Shown here piece after piece: positions 45,301-58,395 of a DNA stretch of 64,000 nucleotides. The DNA comes from Eledone cirrhosa. Its lineage: Eukaryota. Made by a program: the position numbers and the translations under genes. A model generated the notes under the pieces. That model saw only the letters and a list, made by a program, of their open reading frames with translations, made no database searches and was not told the DNA's origin. The number at the start of each line of letters is the position of its first letter. Position 1 is the first letter of the stretch. Where the stretch lies: assembly GCA_964016885.1 (NCBI GenBank), contig OZ024741.1, forward strand, positions 63,612,001 through 63,676,000. The letters are read 5' to 3'.

Positions 45301-48300
45301 AGTGGTGGTGCGGCTGGTTGTTGGTGTGATCGTAGTGGTGGTGGTGTTGTTTGATGTTGTTGTGGTGGTGATAGTGGTGCAGCTGATTGTTGGTGTGATG
45401 GTAGTGGTGGTTGTGTTGTCAGTTGTTGTTGTGGTGGTCATGGTGGTGTTGCTGGTTGTTGTGATGGTAGTGGTGTTGGTGTTGTTTGTTGTTGTTGTGC
45501 TGGTGATGTTGCTGGTTGTTGTGATGGTAGTGGTAGTGGTGTTGTTTGTTGTTGTGGTGGTGACCGTGGTGTTGCTGGTTGTTGTGATGGTAGTGGTGGT
45601 GGTGTCGTTTGTTGTTGTCGTGGTGGTGAAGGTAGTGTTGCTGGTTGTTGTGATGGTAGTGGTGGCCGTGTTGTTTGTTGTTGTTGCGGTGGTGATGGTG
45701 GTGTTGCTGGTTGTTGTGATGGTATTGGTGGCCGTGTTTTTTGTTTTTGTTGTGGTGGTGATGGTGGTGTTGCTGTTTGTTGTGATGGTAGTGGTAGTGG
45801 TGTTCTTTGTTGTTGTTGTGGTGTTGATGGTGCTGGTTGATGTTGTTGTTGTGATGGTAGTGGTGGTGGTGTTGTTTGATGTTGTTGTGGTGGTGATGGT
45901 GGTGTTGCTGGTTGTTTTGATGGTAGTGGTGGTGGTGTTGTTTGTTGTTGTTGTGGTGGCGATGGTGCTGGTTGATGTTGTTGTTGTGATGGTAGTGGTG
46001 GTGGTGTTGTTTGTTGTTGTTGTGGTGGTGATGGTCGTGTTGCTGGTTGTTGTAATTGTAGTGGTGGTGGTGGTGGTGTTTGTTGTTGTTGTGGTGGTGA
46101 TGTTGGTGTTGCTGGTTGTTGTGATGGTAGTGGTGTTGGTGTTATTTGTTGTTGTTGTGATGGTGATGGTGGTGTTGCTGGTTGTTGTGATGCTAGTTGT
46201 GGTGGTGTTGTTTGTTGTTGTTGTGGTGGTGATGGTGTTGTTGCTGGTTGTTGTGATGGTAGTGGTGGTGGTGTTGTTTGTTGTTGTTGTGGTATTTGTG
46301 GTGGTGTTCCTGGTTGTTGTGATGGTAGTGGTGGTGGTGTTGGTGTTGCCGGTTGTTGTGATGGTAGTGGTAGTGGTGTTGTTTGTTGTTTTTGTGGTGG
46401 TGATGGTGGTGTTGCTGGTTGTTGTGGTGGTAGTGGTAGTGGTGTTGTTTTCTGTTGTTGTGGTAGTGATGGTTGTTTTGCTGGTAGTTGTGATGATAGT
46501 GGTGGTGCTGTTGTTTGTTGTTATTGTTGTAGTGGTGGTGGTGTTGCTGGTTCTTGTGATGGTAGTGGTGGTGGTGTTGTTTGTTGTTGTTGTGGTGGTG
46601 ACGGTAGGTGTTGCCGGTTGTTGTTGTGGTAGTAGTGGTGTTGTTGTTTGTTGGCGTGGTGGTGGTGATGGTTGTGTTGCTGGTTGTTGTGATGGTAGTG
46701 TTAGTGGTGTTGTTGATGTGATGGTAGTGCTGGTGTTGCTCGTTGTTGTGATGGTAGTGGTGGTGGTGTTGTTTGTTGTGGTTGTGGTGGTAATGGTGAT
46801 GTTGCTGGTTGTTGTTGTGATAGTGGTAGTGGTGTTGTTGCTGGTTGTGGTGGTGGTGTTGTTTGTTGTTGTGGTGGTGATGGTGCTGGTTGATGTTGTT
46901 GTTGTGATGGTAGTGGTGGTGGTGTTGTTTGATGTTGTTGTGGGGGTGATGGTGGTGTTGCTGGTTGTTTTGATGGTAGTGGTGGTGGTGGTGTTTGTTG
47001 TTGTTGTGGTGGTGATGTTGGTGTTGCTGGTTGTTGTGATGGTAGTGGTGGTGGTGTTCTTTCTTGTTGTTGTGGTGGTGATGGTGGTGTTGCTGGTTGT
47101 TGTGATGGTAGTGGTGGTGGTGTTGTTTGTTGTTGTTGTTGTGGTGATGGTGCTGGTTGATGTTGTTGTTGTGATGGTAGTGGTGGTGGTGTTATTTGTT
47201 GTTGTTGTGGTGGTGATGTTGCTGGTTGTTGTGATGGTAGTGGTGGTTGGTGTTCATTGTTGTTGTTGTAGTGATGATGGTGGTGTTGCTGGTTGTTTTG
47301 ATGGTAGTTGTGGTGGTGTTGTTTGTTGTTGTTGTGGTGGTGATGGTGCTGGTTGATGTTGTTGTTGTGATGGTAGTGGTGGTAGTGTTGTTTGTTGTTG
47401 TTGTGGTGGTGATGGTGGTGTTGCTGGTTGTTGTGATGGTAGTGGTGGTGGTGTTGTTTGTTGTTGTTGTGGTGGTGATGGTGCTTTTTGATGTTGTTGG
47501 TGTGATGGTAGTGGTGGTGGTGTTGTTTGTTGTTGTTGTGGTGGTGATGGTCGTGTTACTGGTTGTTGGGATGGTAGTGGTGGTGGTGTTGTTTGTTGTT
47601 GTTGTGGTGGTGATGGTGCTGGTTGATGTTGTTGTTGTGAAGGTAGTGGTGGTGGTGTTGTTTGTTTTTGTTGTGGTGGTGATGGTGCTGATTGATGGTT
47701 GCTGTGATGGTAGTGGTGGTGGTGTTGTTTGTTGTTGTTGTTGGTGGTGATAGTGGTGTGGCTGGGTGTTGCGATGGTAGTGGTAGTGGTGTTGTTTATT
47801 GTTGTTGTGATGGTAGTGGTGGGGGTGTTGTTTGTTGTTGTTGTGGTGGTGATGGTGGTGGTTGATGTTGTTGTAATGGTAGTGGTGGTGGTGTTGTTTG
47901 TTGTTGTGGTGGTGATGTTGATGTGGCTGGTTGTTGTGATGGTAGTGGTATTAGTGTTGTTTGTTGTTGTGGTGGTGATGTTGCTCGTTGTTGTGATGGT
48001 GATGGTGCTGGTTGATGTTGTTGTGATGGTAGTGGTGGTGGTTTTGTTTGTTGTTGTTGTGATGGTGATGTTGCTGGTTGTTGTGATGGTAGTGGTGGTG
48101 CTGTTGTTTGTTGTTGTTGTGGTGGCTGTGTTGCTGGTTGTTGTGATTGTAGTGGTAGTGGTGTTGTTTTAGTTGTTGTGGTGGTGATGGTGGTGTTGCT
48201 GGTTGTTGCGATGGTAGTGGTGGTGGTGTTCTTTGTTGTTGTGTGGTGGTTATGGTGGTGTTGCTGGTTGTTGTGAATGTAGTGGTAGTGATGTTGTTTG

Positions 48301-49018
48301 TTGTTATTGTGGTGGTGATGGAGGTGTTGCTGGTTGTTGTGATGATAGTGGTGGTGGTGTTGTTTGTTGTTGTTGTGGTGGTGATGGTGGTGTTGCTGGT
48401 TGTTGTGATGATAGTGGTTGTGGTGTTGCTTGTTGTTGTTGTGGTGGTGATGGTGGTGTTGCTGTTTGTTGTGATGGTAGTGGTGCTGGTGTTGTTTGTT
48501 GTTGTGGTGGTGGTGATGGTGGTGTTGCTGGTTGTTGTGATGCTAGTGATGGTGGTGTTTGTTGATGTTGAGGTAGTGGTGGTGGTATTGATGGTTGTTG
48601 TTGTGGTGGTGATGGTGCTGGTTGATGTTGTTGTTGTGATGGTAGTGGTGGTGCTGTTGTTTGTTGTTGTTGTGGTGGTGATGGTGGTGTTGCTGGTTGT
48701 TGTTGTGGTATTGGTGGTCGTGTTGTTTGTTGTTGTGGTGGTGGTGATGGTGGTGTTGCTGTTTGTTGTGATGGTACTGTTAGTGGTGTTGTTTGTTGTT
48801 GTTGTGGTGGTGATGGTGATGTTGCTGGTTGTTGTCATGGTAGTGGTGGTGGTTTTGTTTGTTGTTGTTGTGGTGGTAGTGGTGGTGTTGCTGGTTGTTG
48901 TGATGGTAGTAGTTGTGGTGTTGTTTGTTGTTGTTGTGGTGGTAGTGCTGGTGTTGCTGGTTGTTGTGATGGTAGTGGTGGTGGTGTTGTTTGTTGTTGT
49001 TGTGGTAGTGGTGTTGGT
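33400..49018. repeat. ~15.6-kb G/T-rich satellite built from GTT/GGT/GAT triplets with higher-order repeats
   Basis: Recurrent ~60-bp unit gttgtgatggtagtggtggtggtgttgtttgttgttgttgtggtggtgatggtggtgttgctggtt. The marker gtggttcgtagtgctgatg recurs at about 37582, 38880 and 40440. Confidence 0.95.
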
Positions 49019-49998
49019 ACGTATACTTTCTCGTACGTATATTTGATTGTATATGTTATGACGTATAATTTTTTTATATATTCTTGTATATATGGTTTGG
49101 GTATGTGTATACGGCAGTTGTGCTTCTGTGTGAGTATGCAGGTTCGTACGTATGTAGGGTGTGTGTATATGTCTACTTCATGTTTTGGTTGACTTACGTC
49201 TCCGAACTTGTATTTACATGTAGGTATGTGTGCGCGCTTGTTATATACGTATTTATTTATTTATATACGTTTATTTAATTATTTATTTATTTGTATACAC
49301 GCACACACACACACATATTTATATGTGCGTGGTTTTTTATACCTATGGCTAGTGTTTTCGCGTATGCTTGTGTATGTACGTATTTGCATGCGTGTATGTA
49401 TTCATTTAATTTCTATTACCTCTGTATTGTATTTTATTTACTTTATTCTTAACTCTGAAGCGGAGATTCATTCCGTTTCCTAGTTAGAAGTTTAGTCTAA
49501 GACTTCAGCTATACCATTTAAGTGATTTTGTCTTTGCGTGCAATTGTTCTCAACGCTCCACATATGACGTATTATCTTCGTTTTTTCCGTTCATTGCCAA
49601 AGAACGTCTCCATGAACCACCTAAGAGAACATTAGTCTACGACTTCTTTTATACCATAAACGTGGTTCTGTCTTTGCGCGTAATTGTTTTTCACCGCTCC
49701 TATTAATGACGTATTATATTCGTTTTTTCCCGTTATTTGCCAGGGAACGTTACCACGAACCAAAGTATCGTCTTCCTGTCTTCCTCCGGTTGCAACGTTT
49801 TTTGAAATATCCACTTCTGCGTTTACAGATTGACTTTGTTAGTTTCAGAAGATCCCGTTAAGGGTGAAAGCAGCGATTCTTTGCTTAAACTTTAATCTGT
49901 TATTTTAATAAATATTTGCTCTACGGTTCTTATATATTTGATATATATCTATCCTTATCGAGACCTCTTTGGATTTTAGTCTTCAAATTTATTATTAT

Positions 49999-50088
<90 letters not shown>

Positions 50089-50668
50089 CAAATATATATT
50101 AGTGAAAATATAGCGAAAAAGAAGAAAGGTATATTTCCCAAGGTATATTACTCAATTCCACTCGACCCTCCTGGTGATGAGGTCGTGTATCATGCTGATG
50201 TTGTTAGTGATAAATACCTAGAGATGTACCTTCCTCTTTCTTTCTTTTTGTCGTAATGATAGAGTAAATGTATTTTAAAAATTTGAGATAAATATAAATA
50301 CAATAAATAACATAGAGTTCAATATATTCTTTGTTGCCATAGCAACTTAACAAGAATATGTAGAATTAAAATAAAATGAAAAACTATCTTTTATTTGCCA
50401 AGCGTTTTAAATCTACCAGCAAACATGGTTTCGAAATGCACATATCATATTAACATTTTCTAAATTTGAACATGTATTATTGAAAGGCAGCAGAGTAGTT
50501 ACTCATTGCGATTCTCCTCTCTTAACGACAATAGGATCTTTCGTCTCGAGCTCGCTGTTGCTAAATTCTCAGTTTATCTGCTTTAACAAGTTATGTCTTT
50601 CATCTGGAACGCATATAATGCGAACCTCAACGCCAGGACCACATACCCAGGTACTACCGACCGCCATG

Positions 50669-50801
<133 letters not shown>

Positions 50802-50812
50802 TGTAATAAACA

Positions 50813-50890
<78 letters not shown>

Positions 50891-51392
50891 CGGGAGGGTC
50901 ATATTTGTGTAATATTGCCAGAATTAATAACAGAACACATTCCCTGTTTGGTTGGTTTTCGCTTTTCGCTTCTGTCTCTTTTATATCGGTAATCTAATTT
51001 ATTCGGTCCTCAATGTTGCCATTGACTGACCAAGGGTAAAAAATAATACAGATACAATATAGACACAAACACATATATATAGTTTATCGAAGTTCTTTCG
51101 TTGCACATCTGCAACATCGTCAGTGGTGCTATTGTTTCTTCCCGTTACATTGTATTTTCTACGCCATCTTTATTTAGTCTGTTTATATACTTATTTATTT
51201 GTTTATTTTATTTTGTCTTCTTTGCGCATGCGTTTGCGTGTGTGTATAGTGTTTTGTTTTATGTGTGTTTGTGATTGGGTGACTGTGTTTTGGTTAATGT
51301 ATTCTATCTTTACTAGTGTGTGTTTATATGTGTTTGTTGTTATTGTGCTTGTGTATGTATTTATTTATTTATTTATCTATTTATTTATTTAT

Positions 51393-52560
51393 TTATACTT
51401 CTCTTAGGTCAGTGTTGTTTGTTTGGGTGTTGTTGTTATTCCATTCATTCTTTCTGTTTAGCCTTGGCCTTCTAAGTTCTATTTCACTGGCCTCTCTGAT
51501 TTGCCTATCTGCTGGGTCATTTCTATGTTTAGATATTATTCTAATTTCTATGTTGTCTATGGTACCGTCGTGTTGTTGTCTGGCATGTTCGTATAGTACT
51601 AAACCGTTTTTTCGTCCTTTTAGTTCCCCCCAGTGTTGGTCTATCCTTTCACCTATGCTACGAGCTGTCTCGCCGATGTATGTTGTTGTCATGTTTCTGC
51701 AAGTACCCTCTGTACATCTTATGCTATATACTACGTTTCTAGTTTTACAGTTTATCCAGGGGTTTACCTTACATATGATACATTTCCTATTAGTACAGTG
51801 GGTTTTCTTAAAAGGGTAGGTTTTGCTGATCAGGGATTTTATGATGGTTCCTGGCTTTTCTACCACCTTAATATTTAAGTGGGTCTTTCTCAGGGCCTTT
51901 CTACACTGGTTAGCTAATTTCGCGCCAGGGGTAGCGTCCACAAACATGACACTCTGGTATCTCTGGTTGTCGTACGATGAGGTGGCTTTCCCTATCTTAT
52001 GTCTAGCCCTATCTAAGCTATTCCATGATTTGCTCCTGTATAATGGGCAAATTCCTTTCATGTCCAGTTCTATGCGGGTTTTATACTTCTCCATGGCTCC
52101 TTCGTATACTCTGACTCTCTCTTTTTGGTTGTAGCCAGAGAACTGCATGCGGTTGATGAAGTGTTGGATGTGTCTTTCCATTTCTGTTGGGTCGCACATG
52201 CGGGACACATTCTTCATCACTCGTACCAAATCTGCGATAAGAATATTAAACTTAGCACTACTGGACATTGCTGAGTTTTTGAGTATCATGTATTTGGAGG
52301 CCATGGGTTTAGCATAGTGTGAGTGGAGAATTTGGGCTCTCTCGTCTATAGTGTTAATCCAGAGTTCCGTGTCTAATACAGGTAGTCTATTGTTAAGGTG
52401 TTTGGAAGGCTAGTCGATAGTTACAGTTATACTCTGGAGTATGGAATTAGCTATCTGCTGGATGCTTTCCATTGTGCTACGTTCTAAATCAAACTTGTTA
52501 GTGCTCTCTAGTGGAGATGTTCTTATAACTATATTGATATCGTCTACGTAACGAGAGTAC
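51393..52560 (-). pseudogene. PLE RT C-terminal half + GIY-YIG endonuclease
   Basis: YSRYVDDINIV, ID*PSKHLNNRLPVLD, HYAKPMAS..SA, then CKTRNVVYSIRC...YIGETARSIGERIDQH...RQIREA..I..RPRLN. Premature stop near 52410. Confidence 0.9.
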
Positions 52561-52870
52561 ATGAATGAAATAACAGCACTCAAACAAACAACACTGACCT
52601 AAGAGAAGTATAAATAAATAAATAGATAAATAAATAAATACATACACAAGCACAATAACAACAAACACATATAAACACGCACTAGTAAAGATAGAATACA
52701 TTAACCAATACACAGTCACCCAATCACGAAAACACATCAAACAAAACACTATACACACACGCAAACGCATGCGCAAAGAAGACAAAATAAAATAAACAAA
52801 CTAAATAAATATATAAACAGACTAAATAAAGATGGCGTAGAAAATACAATGTAACGGGAGGAAACAATAG

Positions 52871-52915
52871 CACCACTGACGATGTTGCAGATGTGCAACG
52901 AAAGAACTTTGATAA
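52871..52915 (+). ncRNA. Hammerhead-like motif of family A (weak stem I); mirror copy at 51085-51128 (-)
   Basis: cacca-CTGACGA-t-gttgca gatg tgcaac-GAAA-gaaCTT-tg. The core and stem II are perfect, but stem I is only ~2 bp. Confidence 0.55.
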
Positions 52916-53163
52916 ACTATATATATGTGTTTGTGTCTATATTGTATCTGTATTATTTTTGACCCTTAGTCAGTCAATGGCAACATTGAGGACCGCATAA
53001 ATTTGATTACCGATATAAAAGACACAGAAGCGAAAAGCGAAAACCAACCAAACAGTGAGTGTGTTCTGTTATTAATTCTGGCAATATTACACAAATATGA
53101 CCCTCCCCAATTATTACAATATCTGTTTCGACACACGATTTCATATCAAAACCCTCGCAAAAC

Positions 53164-53260
<97 letters not shown>

Positions 53261-53268
53261 ATATGTAA

Positions 53269-53310
<42 letters not shown>

Positions 53311-53313
<3 letters not shown>

Positions 53314-53497
53314 AACCAGTAAGACCCCGACAGCTGAGCTCAAGCCGTTTCGACGGCTAGTTCTGGGAATTAGCCGTCGAAACGGCTTGAGCTCAGCTGT
53401 CGGGGTCTTACTGGTTCCTATTACCCACTCTACTACCTCAAGTATTGAGTACTTTGGTGCGTTATGGTCCACCTGGTTCCTTACCACATTTCCTTCG

Positions 53498-53551
<54 letters not shown>

Positions 53552-53710
53552 CGTTTCTGAATTTGTTTAGCAAGATTCTTTATCTGAAATCGTGTGTTGA
53601 AACCGATATTGTTATACTTTGGGAGGCTCATGTTGCCAATAAGAAACACACGCACACGTTGGTGCGTGTGTTTCTTATTGGCAACATGACCCTCCCATAG
53701 TATAACAATA
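53311..53710. repeat. Two fold-back pLTR-end islands (family B 53311-53499; family A' 53548-53710)
   Basis: Palindromic arms homologous to 8081-8136 and 20016-20133. Confidence 0.8.
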
Positions 53711-53716
53711 TATATA

Positions 53717-54397
53717 TCATTATCTATAAAAGGCAGATTTTTGTGTCTGTATGTATGTTTCAATTTTATACATTTACACAATTCCAAAAATATTGAATGA
53801 ATAATTAAGCAGAATGTTTACAAATATTCTAACTTGGGTCATGGGCGATCTTATTGGCTAAAAAATGCCACAATTACGGAAAAATCGATTTATTTCAACA
53901 ATCGATGATTTCTCCTCTCTCATATGATATACGTTTCCTATATCTACTCCCATTCATCACCTCCCCTTAAAATTGCTACCTTCTCTTATAAGTGTTTGTG
54001 AAATTGAAAAAAAACATATACACACATATATGTGGGTGCATACACACACATATATGTTGGTATGGTTACGATTGACGTCATAGAAACAGGAACGCGGGAA
54101 TTTCAAACAATCAACGCATACACAGTTTGTTTTAGAAATAACAATAGCATATAATGATAAAGAGATCGGCCTTACACTTTCAAACTAAATTTTTCTGTAT
54201 AAGTAACTTTAACCCTTTATTTTCGACATAAAAATACACACATACATACAAATACCTGTAAATTTTTTTGGGGGGCCTTTCTTATCAATCTTTTTATATT
54301 AAATTATCAGCCTTATACTTTCAAAGTCAATTTTCATGTTGAAGTAACTTTCAACCTTTAATACATACATACATACATACATACATACATACATACA

Positions 54398-54429
<32 letters not shown>

Positions 54430-57115
54430 CACACATACATACAAATACCTGTCACTTAATTTACACACACATCGGCCTTACACTTTCAAACTATATTTTT
54501 CTGTAGAAGTAACTTTAACCCTTTCTTTTCGGCATAAAAATACACACATACATACAAATACCTGTACATTTTGTTGGGGGGGGGGGGGGGGCTTTTTTAT
54601 CAATCTTTTTACATTCAATTATCAGCCTTATACTTTCAAAGTCAATTTTTATGTTGAAGTAACTTTCACAATTTATTTTTCGATACCCATTTACTTACTA
54701 ACATTTGTATCACAACAACAATAACAATATTCATAAACAGACAGTAGACTTTCAAAGTCAATTTTTCTGTAGAAGTAACTTTCACCTTTTCTTTTGGACA
54801 TAAAATGCCACCTCAGTCGACATACCGCGTCAGCAGTGGCGCAAAAGGCTACTATAGCAAACGAGTCCTCTGGGGAAAATGCTTCAAGACTTTCACAGAC
54901 AGCCTTACGTTCAGCAGAATGTCGAGCCGCTGAAAGTTTCCAACAGCGCACCGCACGCCTAGCCAAAATGGCTTCATACCAGGCTTCTTCCAGGGCTTCA
55001 GAGAGCCGTGAACAAAGGTCGAAGCGCCTGGCTAGAAACGCTGCGACTAATGCTGCTTCCAGGTCTTTGGAACGTTTAAAACAACGGACGGCTCGCCTTC
55101 CTACGGACGCTGCGGCGATGACTACTTCCATGGCTTCTGAAGATGCAGACGGGCGGTCCATTAGCATTGCAAATGTTGCTTCTGCTATTGCTGCCAGACC
55201 TTCCCACCAACCACACGACCAATGTTCTACGTTCAAGCGTAACAGTCGACGGCGAGAAGCTGCACGCGGTGTGACGAGCCCCAACAGCCCTTACTGGCAC
55301 CTAGGGGCTTTCAAGTATGAGCAAAACGTTAATTACTCGATGCGCTCTGACATAAATATAGGCGAGATGCGCTTCAATTGCCAATTCTGCAATGCTACAA
55401 AGTGGGCTGGGGAGCCACCTGCAATGTGCTGCTTAAACGGTAACGTCACCTTGCCCCCTCTTCCGGAACCGCCAGAGCCTTTGAAGGAACTACTGACTGG
55501 TTATACCTCAAGGTCAAAAAAAAAAAAACCCGGATCCCCCCAATAAAAAACGCTCCTGGGGGTACCGGAAAAACTTTTGTAACGAATTTGATTCTCGCTA
55601 AGATTCGTCAGGAGAAAAAAGTTGCATCGTCCGGGATCGCTGCTACTTTGCTGCCGGGAGGCAGGACAGCACATTCAACCTTTAAACTCCCTTTGGATTT
55701 AGTAAAAACTGAGACACCAACATGCAATATCAGCAAGAGTTCACACAAAGCTCTGGTTCTCAAAAGATGTTGCATCATTGTTTGGGATGAGTGCACAATG
55801 GCACACAAGGGTGACCTTAAGGCATTGGACAGGGCCCGGAAAGACATTAGGGATTCTACGGCTCCTATGGGTGGCGTAACCCTTCTGCTATCAGGGGATT
55901 TTCGGAAAACGCTGCCTGTCATCCCCAAATAAACAAGAGCTGATGAAGTGCGTGCCTGTCTTAAGTCGTCCATGTTGTGGCTCCAGGTGAATAGTTTGTA
56001 CCTGAGCACAAATATGCGTGCTCATTTGCATGGTGACAACATGTCTGCAGCACAGAACATTTTAGCACTTGGTGAGGGCAAGATCCCTGCGGATGACAAG
56101 GGAGGCATAGCAATCGACACCCTGTGCAACATTGTGAGCAGCCCTTCTGACCTTTGGGAAGCAGTTTTTCCTAATGTCTCATCTAACTTTAAAAACCTCG
56201 ATTGGCTCAGCGAAAGAGCCATCCTTGCTCCGAAAAATACCATGGTTAATTTTATTAACGAGCAGCTGATTGAGAAGATTCCCGGTAAAGAGCACATCTT
56301 CAAATCAGACCCCGACGATATCGTTAATTATCCGGTTGAGTTATTAAATCTCCTTGAGCCCCCAGGGCTCCCACCTCACATTATTAAGCTTAGGGTTGGC
56401 TGTCCCATTATGCTAATAAAGAACTTGCGTCCACCAAAGCAGTGCAACGGTACTCGCATGGTCGTCAAGTCACTGACACCCACTTGATTGAGGCCACACT
56501 TGTAACGGGGTGCGGAAGAGGGGAGAATGTTTTCATTCCAAGGATGAACCTTTTCCCCTCGGCGTCAGATATCCCGTTCGATTTCCGACGATCCCAATTC
56601 CCGGTGAGACCATGTTTTGCCATGTCCATTAACAAGTCACAAGGGCAAACATTGTCGGTGGCGGGCATCCATTTGGAGGAGCCATGCTTCTCCCATGGCC
56701 AACTTTATGTTGCCTGGTCCACGCGCTGGGAGCAGGAATGGACTTTTTGCTTACTCTCCTCAAGGGATGACACGCAATATCGTCTACAAAGAGGTGCTAT
56801 AGATGTTGGTGCAGGTGTTGGAGCTATGCCGTCTGGAACACTATTTCCTGGTAGGGTATCCCATGGCGGACAAATCTGACACCCAGCGGCATCAGGGCCA
56901 CCATCTTTCAACTTTGGTCTACTAAATTCGCTATTGGAGGATTATTAACCCATCATTGATTGACCAAAATGCTAATTGGTTCGTAACTTTTAATAACCGG
57001 TTCAACTGCTTTATGCACTTAATTGATAAGCTTATTCGCTTTCAAACCACGTTTACCTGTATGTAACTTTTCATAGCAAATGAACAAACCCGAGCAACGC
57101 CGGGCTAAACTGCTA

Positions 57116-57116
<1 letters not shown>
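53717..57116 (+). mobile_element. Helitron, internally deleted
   Basis: 5' A|TC start within (TA)n. 3' hairpin cccg agcaacgc cggg followed by CTAG|T. RepHel remnants lie inside, with an internal ~305-bp tandem duplication (54168-54680). Confidence 0.9.
54794..56802 (+). pseudogene. Helitron RepHel remnant: N-terminal Cys region fused to PIF1-like helicase
   Basis: IGEM..CQFCNA.KW..E...CC.NG.V.LPPLPEPPEPLKELL, then APGGTGKTF, VASSGIAATLLPGGRTAHSTFKLPL, WDECTM, GDFRKTLPV, RAILAPKN, CNGTR, QFPVRPCFAMSINKSQGQTL, FSHGQLYVA. Stops and frameshifts are present. Confidence 0.92.
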
Positions 57117-57204
<88 letters not shown>

Positions 57205-57384
57205 ACACGAAGTGACCAAAGCGAAACTTCGTAGTCACTACCACTTTTCTACTTAGAAAGTATATGTTTCCATATATATTTCACCCAACCGTTCTTCGAT
57301 CCCCTTCTAGATCGAACCTCGGCAACTCTATTGTTATTTAAAACCCACCTTTCACCACTGGCTGAATGCTTTTTAGTCTTTACT

Positions 57385-57465
57385 CTGAATTTGAACTCAG
57401 AAGGTTAGAAGCCGAACAGATACCTCAGTGCATTTTCTACGATGCTCTAACGATTTGGCCAGTTA
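57385..57465 (-). mobile_element. Old diverged SINE 5' fragment
   Basis: gaatttgaactcagaa...gcattttc..gatgctctaacgatt.ggccag resembles the head of the 31457 and 60533 SINEs. Confidence 0.45.
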
Positions 57466-58113
57466 ACTAAAAGTAGGGAGCTACATTTGTTCTACTTTGA
57501 AAGAATGAATGAAAAAATGATAGTTTACCTCGTTCAGATTTGTAATCAGAGGGCAAATAGCTGATGCAAATAACGCAAAGCAATTAATTACTTCGTTATC
57601 ATATATCACAGAAAAATGCATATGATTTCAAATAATTTTGAAAATAATTAGGGATTTCGAGTGGTGTCGTAGTACAAACAATTTTCTCATGATTGAACTG
57701 TTCCAGGCCATTTAGTATTAAAACAAGTATTCCGAGTCCTTAATTAATCTTTGCATGTAAATTAAGTTTCTATAATTAATTCTTAATATTCCTATTGTTC
57801 TCAGCGCTGCTGCTATGTGGGAAAAAGTTTGTTGCATACGCCATTCAATATATAGCCCTTTAAATTATCTAAATACTTGCCATTAACCTATTTGTGGTGC
57901 TTCCTTCATACATTTATATTTTAATTGTATATGTGTGTGTGTAGGCGTATTTGTATATATGAGTGCGTGTTATTTGTATGTATGTATGTTTTCATAATTT
58001 CACATTTTTTTATGTATGTGTGTATGTATATTTATATATATGTATGTATATATGTATATGTATTTATATATATATGTATGTATGTATGTATATATATATA
58101 TATATATATATGC

Positions 58114-58210
<97 letters not shown>

Positions 58211-58211
58211 C

Positions 58212-58337
<126 letters not shown>

Positions 58338-58395
58338 ATACATTAAATAATGTGCTCAAAGGAGAAGAGATCCTGAGCTCTTTAAAATACAATAT

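Larger units (their letters stand above)
50889..53163 (-). mobile_element. 5'-truncated Penelope-like element flanked by inverted pLTRs (source family of repeat A)
   Basis: Coding remnant at 51393-52560 and 3' pLTR at 50889-51450. An inverted copy of the same pLTR occupies 52561-53163. (TA)n lies on both sides. Confidence 0.9.

Noticed and set aside
34058-49046. Poly-Val and Gly/Cys ORFs on the plus strand
   Set aside because: Compositional artefact of the GTT/GGT satellite; frames shift repeatedly.
55588-56802. Host PIF1 helicase gene
   Set aside because: It is intronless, disrupted, and enclosed by Helitron termini with a Helitron-type N-terminal region.
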